Assembly: GCA_034722035.1 (NCBI GenBank)
Contig: JAYENK010000014.1
Location: 1-50,986 of the forward strand
Direction: 5' to 3'
Length of the DNA: 50,986 nt
DNA from: Patescibacteria group bacterium
Lineage (GTDB): Bacteria > Patescibacteriota > Patescibacteriia > Patescibacteriales > UBA12075
The notes under the pieces were generated by a model, which was not told the origin of the DNA, ran no database searches, and was given only the letters and a program-made list of their open reading frames with translations. The translations under genes were made by a program, and so were the position numbers. Of the stretch, positions 43,323-50,986 are shown piece by piece. Numbering within the stretch: the stretch's first letter is position 1; each line of letters opens with the position of its first letter.

Positions 43323-46300
43323 ATGAAATATACAAGACTAACAATTCTAAGTTTAATTGTCCTCGCTGTGTTTGGGGTTTCTTCAGCTATGGCTCAGACT
43401 GGATCTCTTCTCAATTTTACCGGTAAAGTAACAAATTTGGATGGAACGGAAGTGGCGGATGGAGCTTATGATTTTGTTTATCGCTTGTATGATACGCCGA
43501 GCGGGGGGACAGCGCTTTGGACAGAAACACTAAGCGCCTCTACTCGTTTTGTGGCAACTGTTGACAGTATTACTACTCTGGCGACTAGCACACGAATTGA
43601 TTATAGCGTTTCTTCCGCTACTTCCACTTTAGGTGTCGGACAATATTTATCTACTTACGGTTCAAGTGATGCCGCCTTAATTACAGATTATAATAGTATT
43701 GGTACTTATTTATTTGTTGCAAGTTCTTCGCTTGTAATAAGCGCGGGAGACGAAATAAGCAATAAACCTTTTGTTGAGGGTGGTGTGATTGCCGAGAATT
43801 TGGGAACAGTTAGCGATATATCCGATGTTGATTTTTTACAGACACTTTATTTGGAAGTTGAATTTAATGGAGAAATTATGCGTCCGCGCAAGCTGTTAAC
43901 CAGGGCTGCGTCTGCTTTTGATACTTCTCGTTTTGGTGGTAAAACCGAAAGCCAATATGCTACTTTGGATGAAAATGAGATCGTTACAGGGGAGTGGAGT
44001 TTTAATAATATTCTTAGTATTGCGACCGGTTCTGCCACTACCGCCCTTACTGTGGTGCAAAATGGCTCTGGAAGTCTTGTGGAAATAAAGCGTGGAGCGA
44101 CTACATCCTTTGCGGTGTTGAATGACGGGCGAGTGCAATTTGAAAATTATACCTTCCCATTAGCAAACGGTTTACCCGGTTATGTTTTGAAAGCGACTGC
44201 TGGGGGGCAACTAGAATGGGCGGTAGATTTTGCCGGAGGTTTTGGAACAGAAGGAAAGACTTTGTGGGCAACTACTTCAGATGAATTAATAATTTATCCA
44301 ATTGATACGTCGTATGTCACCGTTCTTGGCAATAATGCTACTTCAACTCTAGATGGGCAAATATTTGAAGTGCAAGGTTCGTCTTTGTTTGATCGGGTAA
44401 ATATTAGCAATCAATCAGAGCTTAGGTTTTATGATGCGGACAATTCTAATTATATGAGTTTGCGCGCTAGCTCGACTTTAACTTCAAATTATGTTTTGAT
44501 TTTGCCTAGAGACGCCGGAACGGACGGGATGTCCCTCGTGACTGATGGAAATGGGAATTTGCGCTGGGAGGCTGGTAGTCAGCTTATTGAGCAAGAAATT
44601 ATCGATTTTGGCTTTATTAAAGGTTTAACTCTTGGCAATCTATATGATGTTTCGACCTCATCTTTGTCTATAAACGATGTAGTTTATTGGACCGGTGTCG
44701 AGTGGCAAACCACCGCTACTAGCACTTGGGATACAAATACTGGTTGGACTGCGCTTACCGATATGAGTTTAAGTAACGGTTATATCTATACCGGATATTT
44801 GGGATCGCCAATTGCGACTTCCAGTATATTTATTGACGTAATCACAAAGAATGTCGGCATCGGTACCACCACTCCGGATTCACTTTTCCATGTTGATGGG
44901 GATGGTACTTTTGATCGACTTTGTATTGGTGGAACTTGTATTGACGAATGGGGAAGTGCCGGTTCACTCGATTCAACTGCAGTTAGTATCGGTGGAGTTG
45001 CCACTTGGTATGATGCGGATACTTTGACGGCCTCCACTTCAATTAATGTTGCTTATGGCGGAACCGGTAAACAATCTTGGACACAGTACGCAATTCCGTA
45101 TTTAACTGATTCTAATACTTTTGGTGAAATTACAATTGGTAATTCCAGCTATGTTTTGGCGGTAAATGGTACTCAGGACGGTTATACTTGGATCGATGCT
45201 TCTTCGACCGGCGCGACCTACCAATTTAATGCGGAGTATTCACCGGCACAAAGCGGAATTATTCAGATTTACGCCACTTCTACCGCTGGCAATGATTTTC
45301 AGATTATCAGTAATGCCAATATTCACACATTCTATTTGCCTGATGCTTCTTCTTCGGCCCGCGGACTCTTGACTGGCAGTGATTGGAGTACTTTTAATAA
45401 TAAATGGGATGATTTGGCAGATATGACGCTTGATACTGGATTTGTTTATGTCGGTTATGGCAATGACCCGATTGCCACCTCTACTATTTATATTGACACT
45501 GGTTTGAATTATGTTGGCATTGGCACCACTACGCCGGACACGCTTTTTCATGTTGACGGAGCCGGTTCCTTTTCTTCGCTTTGTATTAACGGGGATTGTA
45601 AAATTGACTGGGCTAGCGCTGGACCGATTGATGGCGGAGGCGGAGCTGATGAGATCGCATTTTGGTCTGATTCTGATACTTTAAGCTCTATCAGTAAAGG
45701 TGCAACCAATACTGTGTTTTATATTGACGCTAGCGGCAATTATGCCTGGACGGCGACAAGTACTTGGATCCATGATGAGGTAACATTAACCGGCGCAAGA
45801 AACTATATTACAATATCAGATCAAAATATCAGTGTGGGCGAAGTTGATATTTCGGATGACACTAATTTAACGGTTACCGCAACCGGCATTGAACGACTCG
45901 ATGATGCTATTGTTCTTACAGATGACTATCTAATTCCGCGGAGTGGAAGTACTACTAATTGGAACAATTTCTTTGATACTCCAAACACGGTAATTACAGA
46001 TGGAAATAATATCACTTGGTCTGGCAATACATTGAACGTTACTGACATTTGGTGGGACAATCTTGATGATATGACGCTTGTTAGCGGTAATGTCTATATC
46101 GGTTATGGTGGTATCCCGGTTGCAACTTCAACTGTATTTATCGATACTGCTTTAAATTATGTTGGAATCGGGACAACAACACCGAATACAATATTTCATG
46201 TTGATGGAAGGGGTACTTTTGATGAAATTTGTTTTGGTTCTGATTGTCAGAGCGATTGGGCCTCGGCCGGAGCTTTTGACGGTTCTGGTACAGATGGAGA

Positions 46301-47174
46301 GCCGGCGGTTTGGGTAGATGGCAACACACTTACTAGTACAAGTTCAATTAACGTAGCTTATGGCGGTACTGGCCGGCAAACTTTGAGCGATGGTGGAGTA
46401 TTATTGGGAGCCGGTTCTGGACCGATAAATATTTTGGCTGTATCCAACGCGGGCGAAATTATGATAGGGGACGGTGTGGGCGGACCGACAGTTTTGGCGG
46501 CGTTTACAGCCGAAGACGGAGCGCTCAAAGCGCAATATGGCGGAATCGGAACCAGTTCAGCCGTTTGGAACGGTGTTGCCGTGATAAATAATGGAATATG
46601 GTCGGCCAGTTCGGCATTATCAATCGCTTATGGCGGAACCGGTGCGAATAATGCTTCAAGCGCACGGGCTAATTTAGACCTTAAATCAATATATGATTAT
46701 GGAATTAATTTTGTTGCTACTAGTGGTTATGTTTGGATGAGTGATGGAGATGGGCGCGGTGAATGGGTGGCTACTTCTAGCTTAGGTGTAGGCGAATCCG
46801 GTGGTGGGATGAATGTTTCGGTATTTGTAGGTACAACTACAGTTACATATGATGGTTATTTTGCCAGTAGTACATACGAGGGTTATGAAGCGGCTAATTA
46901 TATTTGTGACGCAGAGTATCCCGGTTCACATTTTTGCCGTACTTATGATTTGTTGGTGACAGCTGAACAGCAAGATGTGTCAGGTTGGGGCGGTGAAGGT
47001 TGGGTAGCGGAAGGACCGCCAGGATTTACATCCGATTCGAACGATTGTAATGGTTGGACTGATAACGATAGTGCTAAATATGGTGCTTGGTGGGAATATA
47101 CGCCGAATGGGGGAATGGGTTGGTTGATATATTGTAATTTTTCTAAACCAATATCGTGTTGTTCGAGGCAATAA
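43323..47174 (+). CDS. Giant secreted modular surface protein (1283 aa) with three ~215-aa modules containing the (Y)VGIGTTTPD.LFHVDG..F..LC..G.C..DW.SAG motif and a Cys-rich C-terminal domain
   Basis: The signal peptide is MKYTRLTILSLIVLAVFGVSSAMA|Q. Module cores repeat at aa ~500, ~715 and ~930 (NVGIGTTTPDSLFHVDGDGTFDRLCIGGTCIDEWGSAG; YVGIGTTTPDTLFHVDGAGSFSSLCINGDCKIDWASAG; YVGIGTTTPNTIFHVDGRGTFDEICFGSDCQSDWASAG). INVAYGGTG(K/R)Q also repeats. The C-terminus is ..YICDAEYPGSHFCRTYDLL...SNDCNGWTD....GAWWEY...GWLIYCNFSKPISCC. Confidence 0.85.
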   Translation: MKYTRLTILSLIVLAVFGVSSAMAQTGSLLNFTGKVTNLDGTEVADGAYDFVYRLYDTPSGGTALWTETLSASTRFVATVDSITTLATSTRIDYSVSSATSTLGVGQYLSTYGSSDAALITDYNSIGTYLFVASSSLVISAGDEISNKPFVEGGVIAENLGTVSDISDVDFLQTLYLEVEFNGEIMRPRKLLTRAASAFDTSRFGGKTESQYATLDENEIVTGEWSFNNILSIATGSATTALTVVQNGSGSLVEIKRGATTSFAVLNDGRVQFENYTFPLANGLPGYVLKATAGGQLEWAVDFAGGFGTEGKTLWATTSDELIIYPIDTSYVTVLGNNATSTLDGQIFEVQGSSLFDRVNISNQSELRFYDADNSNYMSLRASSTLTSNYVLILPRDAGTDGMSLVTDGNGNLRWEAGSQLIEQEIIDFGFIKGLTLGNLYDVSTSSLSINDVVYWTGVEWQTTATSTWDTNTGWTALTDMSLSNGYIYTGYLGSPIATSSIFIDVITKNVGIGTTTPDSLFHVDGDGTFDRLCIGGTCIDEWGSAGSLDSTAVSIGGVATWYDADTLTASTSINVAYGGTGKQSWTQYAIPYLTDSNTFGEITIGNSSYVLAVNGTQDGYTWIDASSTGATYQFNAEYSPAQSGIIQIYATSTAGNDFQIISNANIHTFYLPDASSSARGLLTGSDWSTFNNKWDDLADMTLDTGFVYVGYGNDPIATSTIYIDTGLNYVGIGTTTPDTLFHVDGAGSFSSLCINGDCKIDWASAGPIDGGGGADEIAFWSDSDTLSSISKGATNTVFYIDASGNYAWTATSTWIHDEVTLTGARNYITISDQNISVGEVDISDDTNLTVTATGIERLDDAIVLTDDYLIPRSGSTTNWNNFFDTPNTVITDGNNITWSGNTLNVTDIWWDNLDDMTLVSGNVYIGYGGIPVATSTVFIDTALNYVGIGTTTPNTIFHVDGRGTFDEICFGSDCQSDWASAGAFDGSGTDGEPAVWVDGNTLTSTSSINVAYGGTGRQTLSDGGVLLGAGSGPINILAVSNAGEIMIGDGVGGPTVLAAFTAEDGALKAQYGGIGTSSAVWNGVAVINNGIWSASSALSIAYGGTGANNASSARANLDLKSIYDYGINFVATSGYVWMSDGDGRGEWVATSSLGVGESGGGMNVSVFVGTTTVTYDGYFASSTYEGYEAANYICDAEYPGSHFCRTYDLLVTAEQQDVSGWGGEGWVAEGPPGFTSDSNDCNGWTDNDSAKYGAWWEYTPNGGMGWLIYCNFSKPISCCSRQ

Positions 47175-47182
47175 AGTATAAT

Positions 47183-47230
47183 GCGAATCTGCGAATTTAT
47201 GCAAATATGGCGAATACAAATTATGCGAAT
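47183..47230. repeat. Cluster of four GCGAAT motifs (plus one degenerate GCAAAT) downstream of the giant gene
   Basis: ATGCGAATCTGCGAATTTATGCAAATATGGCGAATACAAATTATGCGAATAA has GCGAAT at 47183, 47191, 47210 and 47225. The same core occurs in the U repeats and the 9346 palindrome. Confidence 0.6.
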
Positions 47231-47272
47231 AAAGTTTTTTAAAAAAATAAAATAAAGAAGTTTGTCAAGAGT

Positions 47273-47322
47273 AAGTATTAAGCGAGAAAGAGAAAAATGC
47301 TTTGCATTTTTGCTTAATACTT
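47273..47322 (+). terminator. Two-tier hairpin, likely terminator of the giant gene
   Basis: The outer stem is AAGTATTAAGC/GCTTAATACTT. The inner stem is AAAAATGC-TTT-GCATTTTT. Confidence 0.45.
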
Positions 47323-47353
47323 AATATTAGATACTTAATACTGATTAAACGAT

Positions 47354-48187
47354 ATGTCAATAACTAAAGTAGCCTTGTTTAAAGGTAAAAAAATTAGGAA
47401 GATTATTTATAATAATGAATGGTGGTTTTCGGTTGTGGATGTTATTTTTGCTTTGACTGATAGTGTTGATGCGCGTGATTATTGGTATAGAATAAAAGTC
47501 AGGGTTAAAAATGAGAGCGATATTCAGTTGTCGACAGATTGTCGACAACTGAAACTAGAAGCTAATGATGGCAAAAAATATGCTACAGATTGTGCTAACA
47601 CAGAAACAATGTTTCGAATAATTCAATCAATTCCATCACCCAAAGCCGAGCCCTTTAAAATGTGGCTAGCGCGTGTTGGTTATGAAAGAGTGCGGGAAAT
47701 TGAAAATCCGGAATTAGGGCAAAAAAGAATGGCAGCGATTTATAAAGCAAAAGGTTATCCAGATTCATGGATTGCAAAAAGAATGCGTGGTATTGCAATT
47801 CGTCAGGACTTGACTGATGAATGGGAAGAAAGAGGAGCGAAAAAACAAGAAGATTATGCGATTTTGACAGCAGAAATCAGTAAAGCAACTTTTGGAATGA
47901 CGCCATCAGAATATAAAAAATACAAAAATATTTCAGATAAGCCAAAAGCAAATTTGCGATACAGTATGACTGACTTGGAATTGATTTTTAATATGTTGGG
48001 CGAGAAAGTTACCACTGAAATATCAAAAAATGAAAAGCCAGAGGATATGCCGGAAAATAGAAAAGTAGCTAAGCGTGGTGGTAGAGTTGCTGGAAAAGCT
48101 CGGGAAGATACGGAAAAAGAGATTGGCAAAAGTGTTGTTTCGGAAGATAATTATTTGGATTTAAAAAAGCAGACAAGTATTAAGTAG
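47354..48187 (+). CDS. BRO-N domain protein (prophage antirepressor / DinD-like family)
   Basis: The N-terminus ..FKGKKIRKIIYNNEWWFSVVDVIFALTDS..ARDYW..IK is a typical Bro-N motif (....R.......WF...D....L.......). The remainder resembles DinD-like C-terminal regions (PKAEPFKMWLARVGYERVRE..NPE). Confidence 0.7.
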   Translation: MSITKVALFKGKKIRKIIYNNEWWFSVVDVIFALTDSVDARDYWYRIKVRVKNESDIQLSTDCRQLKLEANDGKKYATDCANTETMFRIIQSIPSPKAEPFKMWLARVGYERVREIENPELGQKRMAAIYKAKGYPDSWIAKRMRGIAIRQDLTDEWEERGAKKQEDYAILTAEISKATFGMTPSEYKKYKNISDKPKANLRYSMTDLELIFNMLGEKVTTEISKNEKPEDMPENRKVAKRGGRVAGKAREDTEKEIGKSVVSEDNYLDLKKQTSIK

Positions 48188-48335
48188 CTAGAATGAGTTC
48201 AAAAATTTGTTATTAATATAAATTTAATGATAAATTTGTGAATTTGTAATTACACAATTCACTCTGGCACAAATACAACAAAATAATCCGGCCTCCTAGC
48301 GCTTTTTTTCCTAGCTAGGAGGCTGGAGAGGAGAA

Positions 48336-48365
48336 TTGAATCTTTTAGGGTGTATATGGTATAAT
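48336..48365 (+). promoter_or_regulatory. Candidate promoter of the second giant gene; the predicted leader is very short
   Basis: TTGAAT (48336-48341), 18 nt, TG at 48357-48358, TATAAT (48360-48365). The ATG at 48381 is only 15 nt after the -10, within AATCCCCATG. Confidence 0.45.
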
Positions 48366-48380
48366 ATAATATTAATCCCC

Positions 48381-50986
48381 ATGCAAAATCTCGATTTTGT
48401 AAAATTAAATAAAGAGAAAAAAAGTAAAAAGCTGATTTTAAAATTTTCGGTAATTTTTGCTATTTTAACGGTAATTTTTTTTATAACAGCCGTGCAGGCA
48501 GCTTGGTCGCCGGAAAAATATTGGGTGACGGACAGCGCTAATTGCCCGGAAGATTATAGAGGAGTTAAGGGTGGAGCCGGCACTGAGGTTTGTGGTGTGG
48601 ATTTTAATAATGAAAACATTTATTTTTATGATACTAACAGCTTAAGCGTGCCAATCGCGTCTAGCACTACTTATAGTGCTAATAGTGTTAGTACCAGTAC
48701 CGGCGGTTATTACTTGGATTGTTATTCTAATGATGGTTCTAGCCCGCATTGTGATGTGAGCGGTAATTGGTATTGTCAGCGTGATTCGTCATGTTATTCC
48801 AATAATAGACAGACTACCTGCGTTGCCGGAGAAACAGCTTCTTCAACTTGTGCTAATTGCCGGACGAATTATATGGATTGTGATGCTAATACTGTAGATT
48901 GTGAAGTTTATGATGGACAGGCCAGTTCGACCGCGACAAACGTTGATTGGGATGCCGGTTGTACTTTTATATGTGATAGCGGATACCTGGATTGTGACGG
49001 ATCCGGTGATGGTTCGGACAGTGACTGTGAAATAGATATGTACGACACTGCCAGTTCAACCGCAACTCATGTCGAATATGCCGGTACCTGTAGTACTTGG
49101 GAATGTGAGGACGGTTGGATTGATTGTGACGGTGATGGGACCGGCTCGGATGGTTCTTGCGAAGTTGAACAGGACGGAATTTGTTTTGTTGGTGCTCTTA
49201 TGGGTACTTATATCGGTTGCAGTGGTGGTAGTGGTAATTGTGTGGTGGCATCGAGTACTTTTGTGACGGGCGAACTTAGTGAATTTGCGACTGACGATCC
49301 GCTACTTTGGGGTTATCAATACGGTGACGGGCCAATGATAAAGTTTACCAGCTATAATAGCTCGACTACCGGCGGGGTGTTTTTAGTGGAAAATGACGGT
49401 CGGGTCGGTATTGGCACTACTACTCTTGGCAGCGGTAATTTGCTTACAGTTGGTTTTGACTCAAATTCTCAATTTATTGTTAATAATTCCGGTGAGGTTG
49501 TTTCCGGTGCTTGGAAAGGTGATGTTGTCGGTCTTGATTATGGCGGACTTGGTACTAATTTGAGCGATCCGAACGCAGATAGGCTGCTTATTTGGGACGA
49601 TTCAAGCGGAAACATCACTTGGATATCGACTTCATCTTTGGAAACAGGCACTGTTGAAAATTCGCAGGGTGGCTGGACTCCGTATTATTCTTCTAATGGA
49701 AACGTTTTAACCGGCACGTCATCGATTTATTTTGATACTGCCGGCAATGTTGCAATCGGTCCGAATTCATATTTTAATTCTACTGGCTATATCGGCATCG
49801 GCACTACCACTCCGGATTCACTTCTTCATGTAGCCGGGACCGGTTCTTTTAATGAATTATGTTTTGGTTCGGATTGTGTGACAGATTGGAGTGGTGCCGG
49901 TTTACAAGGATTATCTCCGGTCACCGGTCAGCCGGCGGTTTGGGTTAATTCAAATACATTAACCGCTTCCGGCACGATTCAAACCGTTTACGGCGGAACC
50001 GGAAAACAGTCATGGGTTAGTGACCGGTTAATTTATTCAATTGACACTAACACTTTGGGCAATATTTCTAAAGGTGGAAACAACACTGTTTTCTATATTA
50101 ATTCATCTGGTAATTATACTTGGACCGCGACCAGTTCCTGGGATACCGATACCCAATTAGCCGAACAGGATATTACTGATTTTGGATTTATTAAAGGTCT
50201 TACTTTGGGCAATCTCTACGATGTCTCCACATCCTCTCTTGCCAGCAATGATGTTCTCTATTGGACTGGTACACAGTGGCAAACAACCGGCACCAGCACC
50301 TGGGATACCGATACTCAGATCTCTGACTCCGAGGTTGGTGTTTTTGGCTATATCAAAGGACTGACATTAGGTAATCTCTACGATGTCTCCACCTCTTCTC
50401 TTGCCAGTAACGATATTCTCTATTGGGATGGGGATTCCTGGGAAACTACCGCCACCAGCACCTGGACCCATGACAAAGTCACACTTAGTGGAACCGAAAA
50501 CTATCTCACCATATCGGATCAAGAAATTACAGTAAGCGAAATTGATATTTCCGAACACACTAATTTAACGGTTAGCGCCACCGGACTCACTCAAAATGAC
50601 GACGACATTGAATTGACCACAAAATATATCATCCCATTCTCCGCTTCTACTACGAACTGGAACAATTTTTTTGACACGCCAAGCACGGTTATCACTGATG
50701 GAGCTCATCTGACCTGGACCGATAACACTTTAGCGGTTGATGATGACTGGTGGGATAATCTGGATGAGATGGTTCTAAATACCGGTGAAATTTATGTCGG
50801 CTACGACAATATCCCGACCGGAACTAGCACCATCTTTGTTGACACTAGCCAAAATTACGTCGGCATCGGCACTACCACTCCGGATTCACTTCTTCATGTA
50901 GCCGGGACCGGTTCTTTTAATGAATTATGTTTTGGTTCGGATTGTGTGACAGATTGGAGTGGTGCCGGTTTACAAGGATTATCTCC
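48381..50986 (+). CDS. Second giant modular surface protein, 5' part (more than 868 aa, runs off the window); paralog of 43323..47174 with an additional N-terminal Cys-rich repeat region
   Basis: Frame 3 is open from ATG 48381 to the window end. The signal/anchor is KLILKFSVIFAILTVIFFITAVQA. Cys-rich repeats are present (C.SGYLDCDGSGDGSDSDCEI; CEDGWIDCDGDGTGSDGSCEV). Modules then follow with YIGIGTTTPDSLLHVAGTGSFNELCFGSDCVTDWSGAG (twice), TVYGGTGKQSW and FGFIKGLTLGNLYDVSTSSLASNDVLYW (twice), all matching the 43323 protein. Confidence 0.85.
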   Translation, partial: MQNLDFVKLNKEKKSKKLILKFSVIFAILTVIFFITAVQAAWSPEKYWVTDSANCPEDYRGVKGGAGTEVCGVDFNNENIYFYDTNSLSVPIASSTTYSANSVSTSTGGYYLDCYSNDGSSPHCDVSGNWYCQRDSSCYSNNRQTTCVAGETASSTCANCRTNYMDCDANTVDCEVYDGQASSTATNVDWDAGCTFICDSGYLDCDGSGDGSDSDCEIDMYDTASSTATHVEYAGTCSTWECEDGWIDCDGDGTGSDGSCEVEQDGICFVGALMGTYIGCSGGSGNCVVASSTFVTGELSEFATDDPLLWGYQYGDGPMIKFTSYNSSTTGGVFLVENDGRVGIGTTTLGSGNLLTVGFDSNSQFIVNNSGEVVSGAWKGDVVGLDYGGLGTNLSDPNADRLLIWDDSSGNITWISTSSLETGTVENSQGGWTPYYSSNGNVLTGTSSIYFDTAGNVAIGPNSYFNSTGYIGIGTTTPDSLLHVAGTGSFNELCFGSDCVTDWSGAGLQGLSPVTGQPAVWVNSNTLTASGTIQTVYGGTGKQSWVSDRLIYSIDTNTLGNISKGGNNTVFYINSSGNYTWTATSSWDTDTQLAEQDITDFGFIKGLTLGNLYDVSTSSLASNDVLYWTGTQWQTTGTSTWDTDTQISDSEVGVFGYIKGLTLGNLYDVSTSSLASNDILYWDGDSWETTATSTWTHDKVTLSGTENYLTISDQEITVSEIDISEHTNLTVSATGLTQNDDDIELTTKYIIPFSASTTNWNNFFDTPSTVITDGAHLTWTDNTLAVDDDWWDNLDEMVLNTGEIYVGYDNIPTGTSTIFVDTSQNYVGIGTTTPDSLLHVAGTGSFNELCFGSDCVTDWSGAGLQGLS
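49792..49918 (+). repeat. Copy 1 of a perfect 127-bp (at least) intragenic direct repeat
   Basis: Base-for-base identical to 50860-50986 (checked by eye). The offset is 1068 bp, or 356 codons, in frame. Confidence 0.9.
50860..50986 (+). repeat. Copy 2 of the perfect intragenic direct repeat (truncated by the window end)
   Basis: Identical to 49792-49918. The identity may continue beyond the window. Confidence 0.9.

Noticed and set aside
46900-47174. Possible diversity-generating retroelement (DGR) target. The Cys-rich C-terminal domain of the 1283-aa protein looks like a C-type-lectin/endostatin-like ligand-binding tip, and DGRs are common in CPR genomes.
   Set aside because: The window has no reverse transcriptase ORF. 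I could find no second, adenine-differing copy (template repeat) of the 3' end of the gene in any intergenic region. The idea cannot be excluded for sequence outside the window, especially for the second giant gene, whose 3' end is not visible.
41100-48187. Intact prophage or integrative element spanning the excisionase-like and BRO-N genes.
   Set aside because: There is no integrase, recombinase, replication, capsid, terminase or lysis gene, and I saw no flanking att-like direct repeats. The large genes carry signal peptides typical of cellular secreted proteins.

Overview
This is an AT-rich, gene-dense bacterial window that uses the standard genetic code, since TGA, TAA and TAG all terminate recognisable conserved genes. 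Several traits fit a reduced-genome Candidate Phyla Radiation / Patescibacteria (Parcubacteria-like) organism: weak or absent Shine-Dalgarno sequences, a 23S-5S unit without 16S, a 23S gene interrupted by a homing-endonuclease intron and AT-rich hairpin insertions, and giant repeat-rich secreted proteins. That placement is inference.

Layout:
(1) 1-9.3 kb is housekeeping: tRNA-Asp and tRNA-Ala, a LysM-M23 peptidase, RNase J, tRNA-Leu, a family-5 solute-binding protein, secG, infC-rpmI-rplT, a decayed prs remnant and a PGI/PMI-type isomerase.
(2) 9.5-20.3 kb is one co-directional, tightly packed block: yebC-ruvC-glgA-GH57-kinase-PHP-glycosyltransferase-ATP-grasp-[Phd/RelE cassette]-ATP-grasp-glgA.
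(3) 20.4-25.2 kb holds 23S-5S rRNA with a group I intron (LAGLIDADG ORF) at the I-CreI-type site. Three long hairpin insertions built from 7-nt TTRACAN repeats interrupt the 23S, and a fourth copy lies in the leader.
(4) 25.5-32.7 kb holds a glmS C-terminal remnant, a stand-alone SIS protein, an EndoQ-like protein, a promoter-flanked 113-nt hairpin (candidate ncRNA), VanW, DUF3006-Hsp20, tRNA-Val, and higB plus a higA-ImmA fusion with a clear promoter and operator.
(5) 33.1-51 kb looks like an accessory surface locus. It has four to five large secreted proteins carrying VGIGTTTP-type modules, FN3 repeats and Cys-rich modules. One has a G9 tract inside its promoter spacer (candidate phase variation). 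The two giant paralogs are separated by a BRO-N gene, and one operon is preceded by an excisionase-type HTH gene. The region also contains a tRNA with anticodon UAU, duplicated promoter modules, long hairpins and a 127-bp perfect intragenic repeat.

A dispersed ~50-nt repeat family with a covarying CTTCG-capped hairpin and ATGCGAAT cores occurs in the 23S-5S spacer, at 40.6-41.1 kb, and in related form at 9.35 kb and 47.2 kb. No CRISPR array, transposase, integrase or reverse transcriptase is visible. All functional calls come from reading the translations and sequence by eye; no database search was run.
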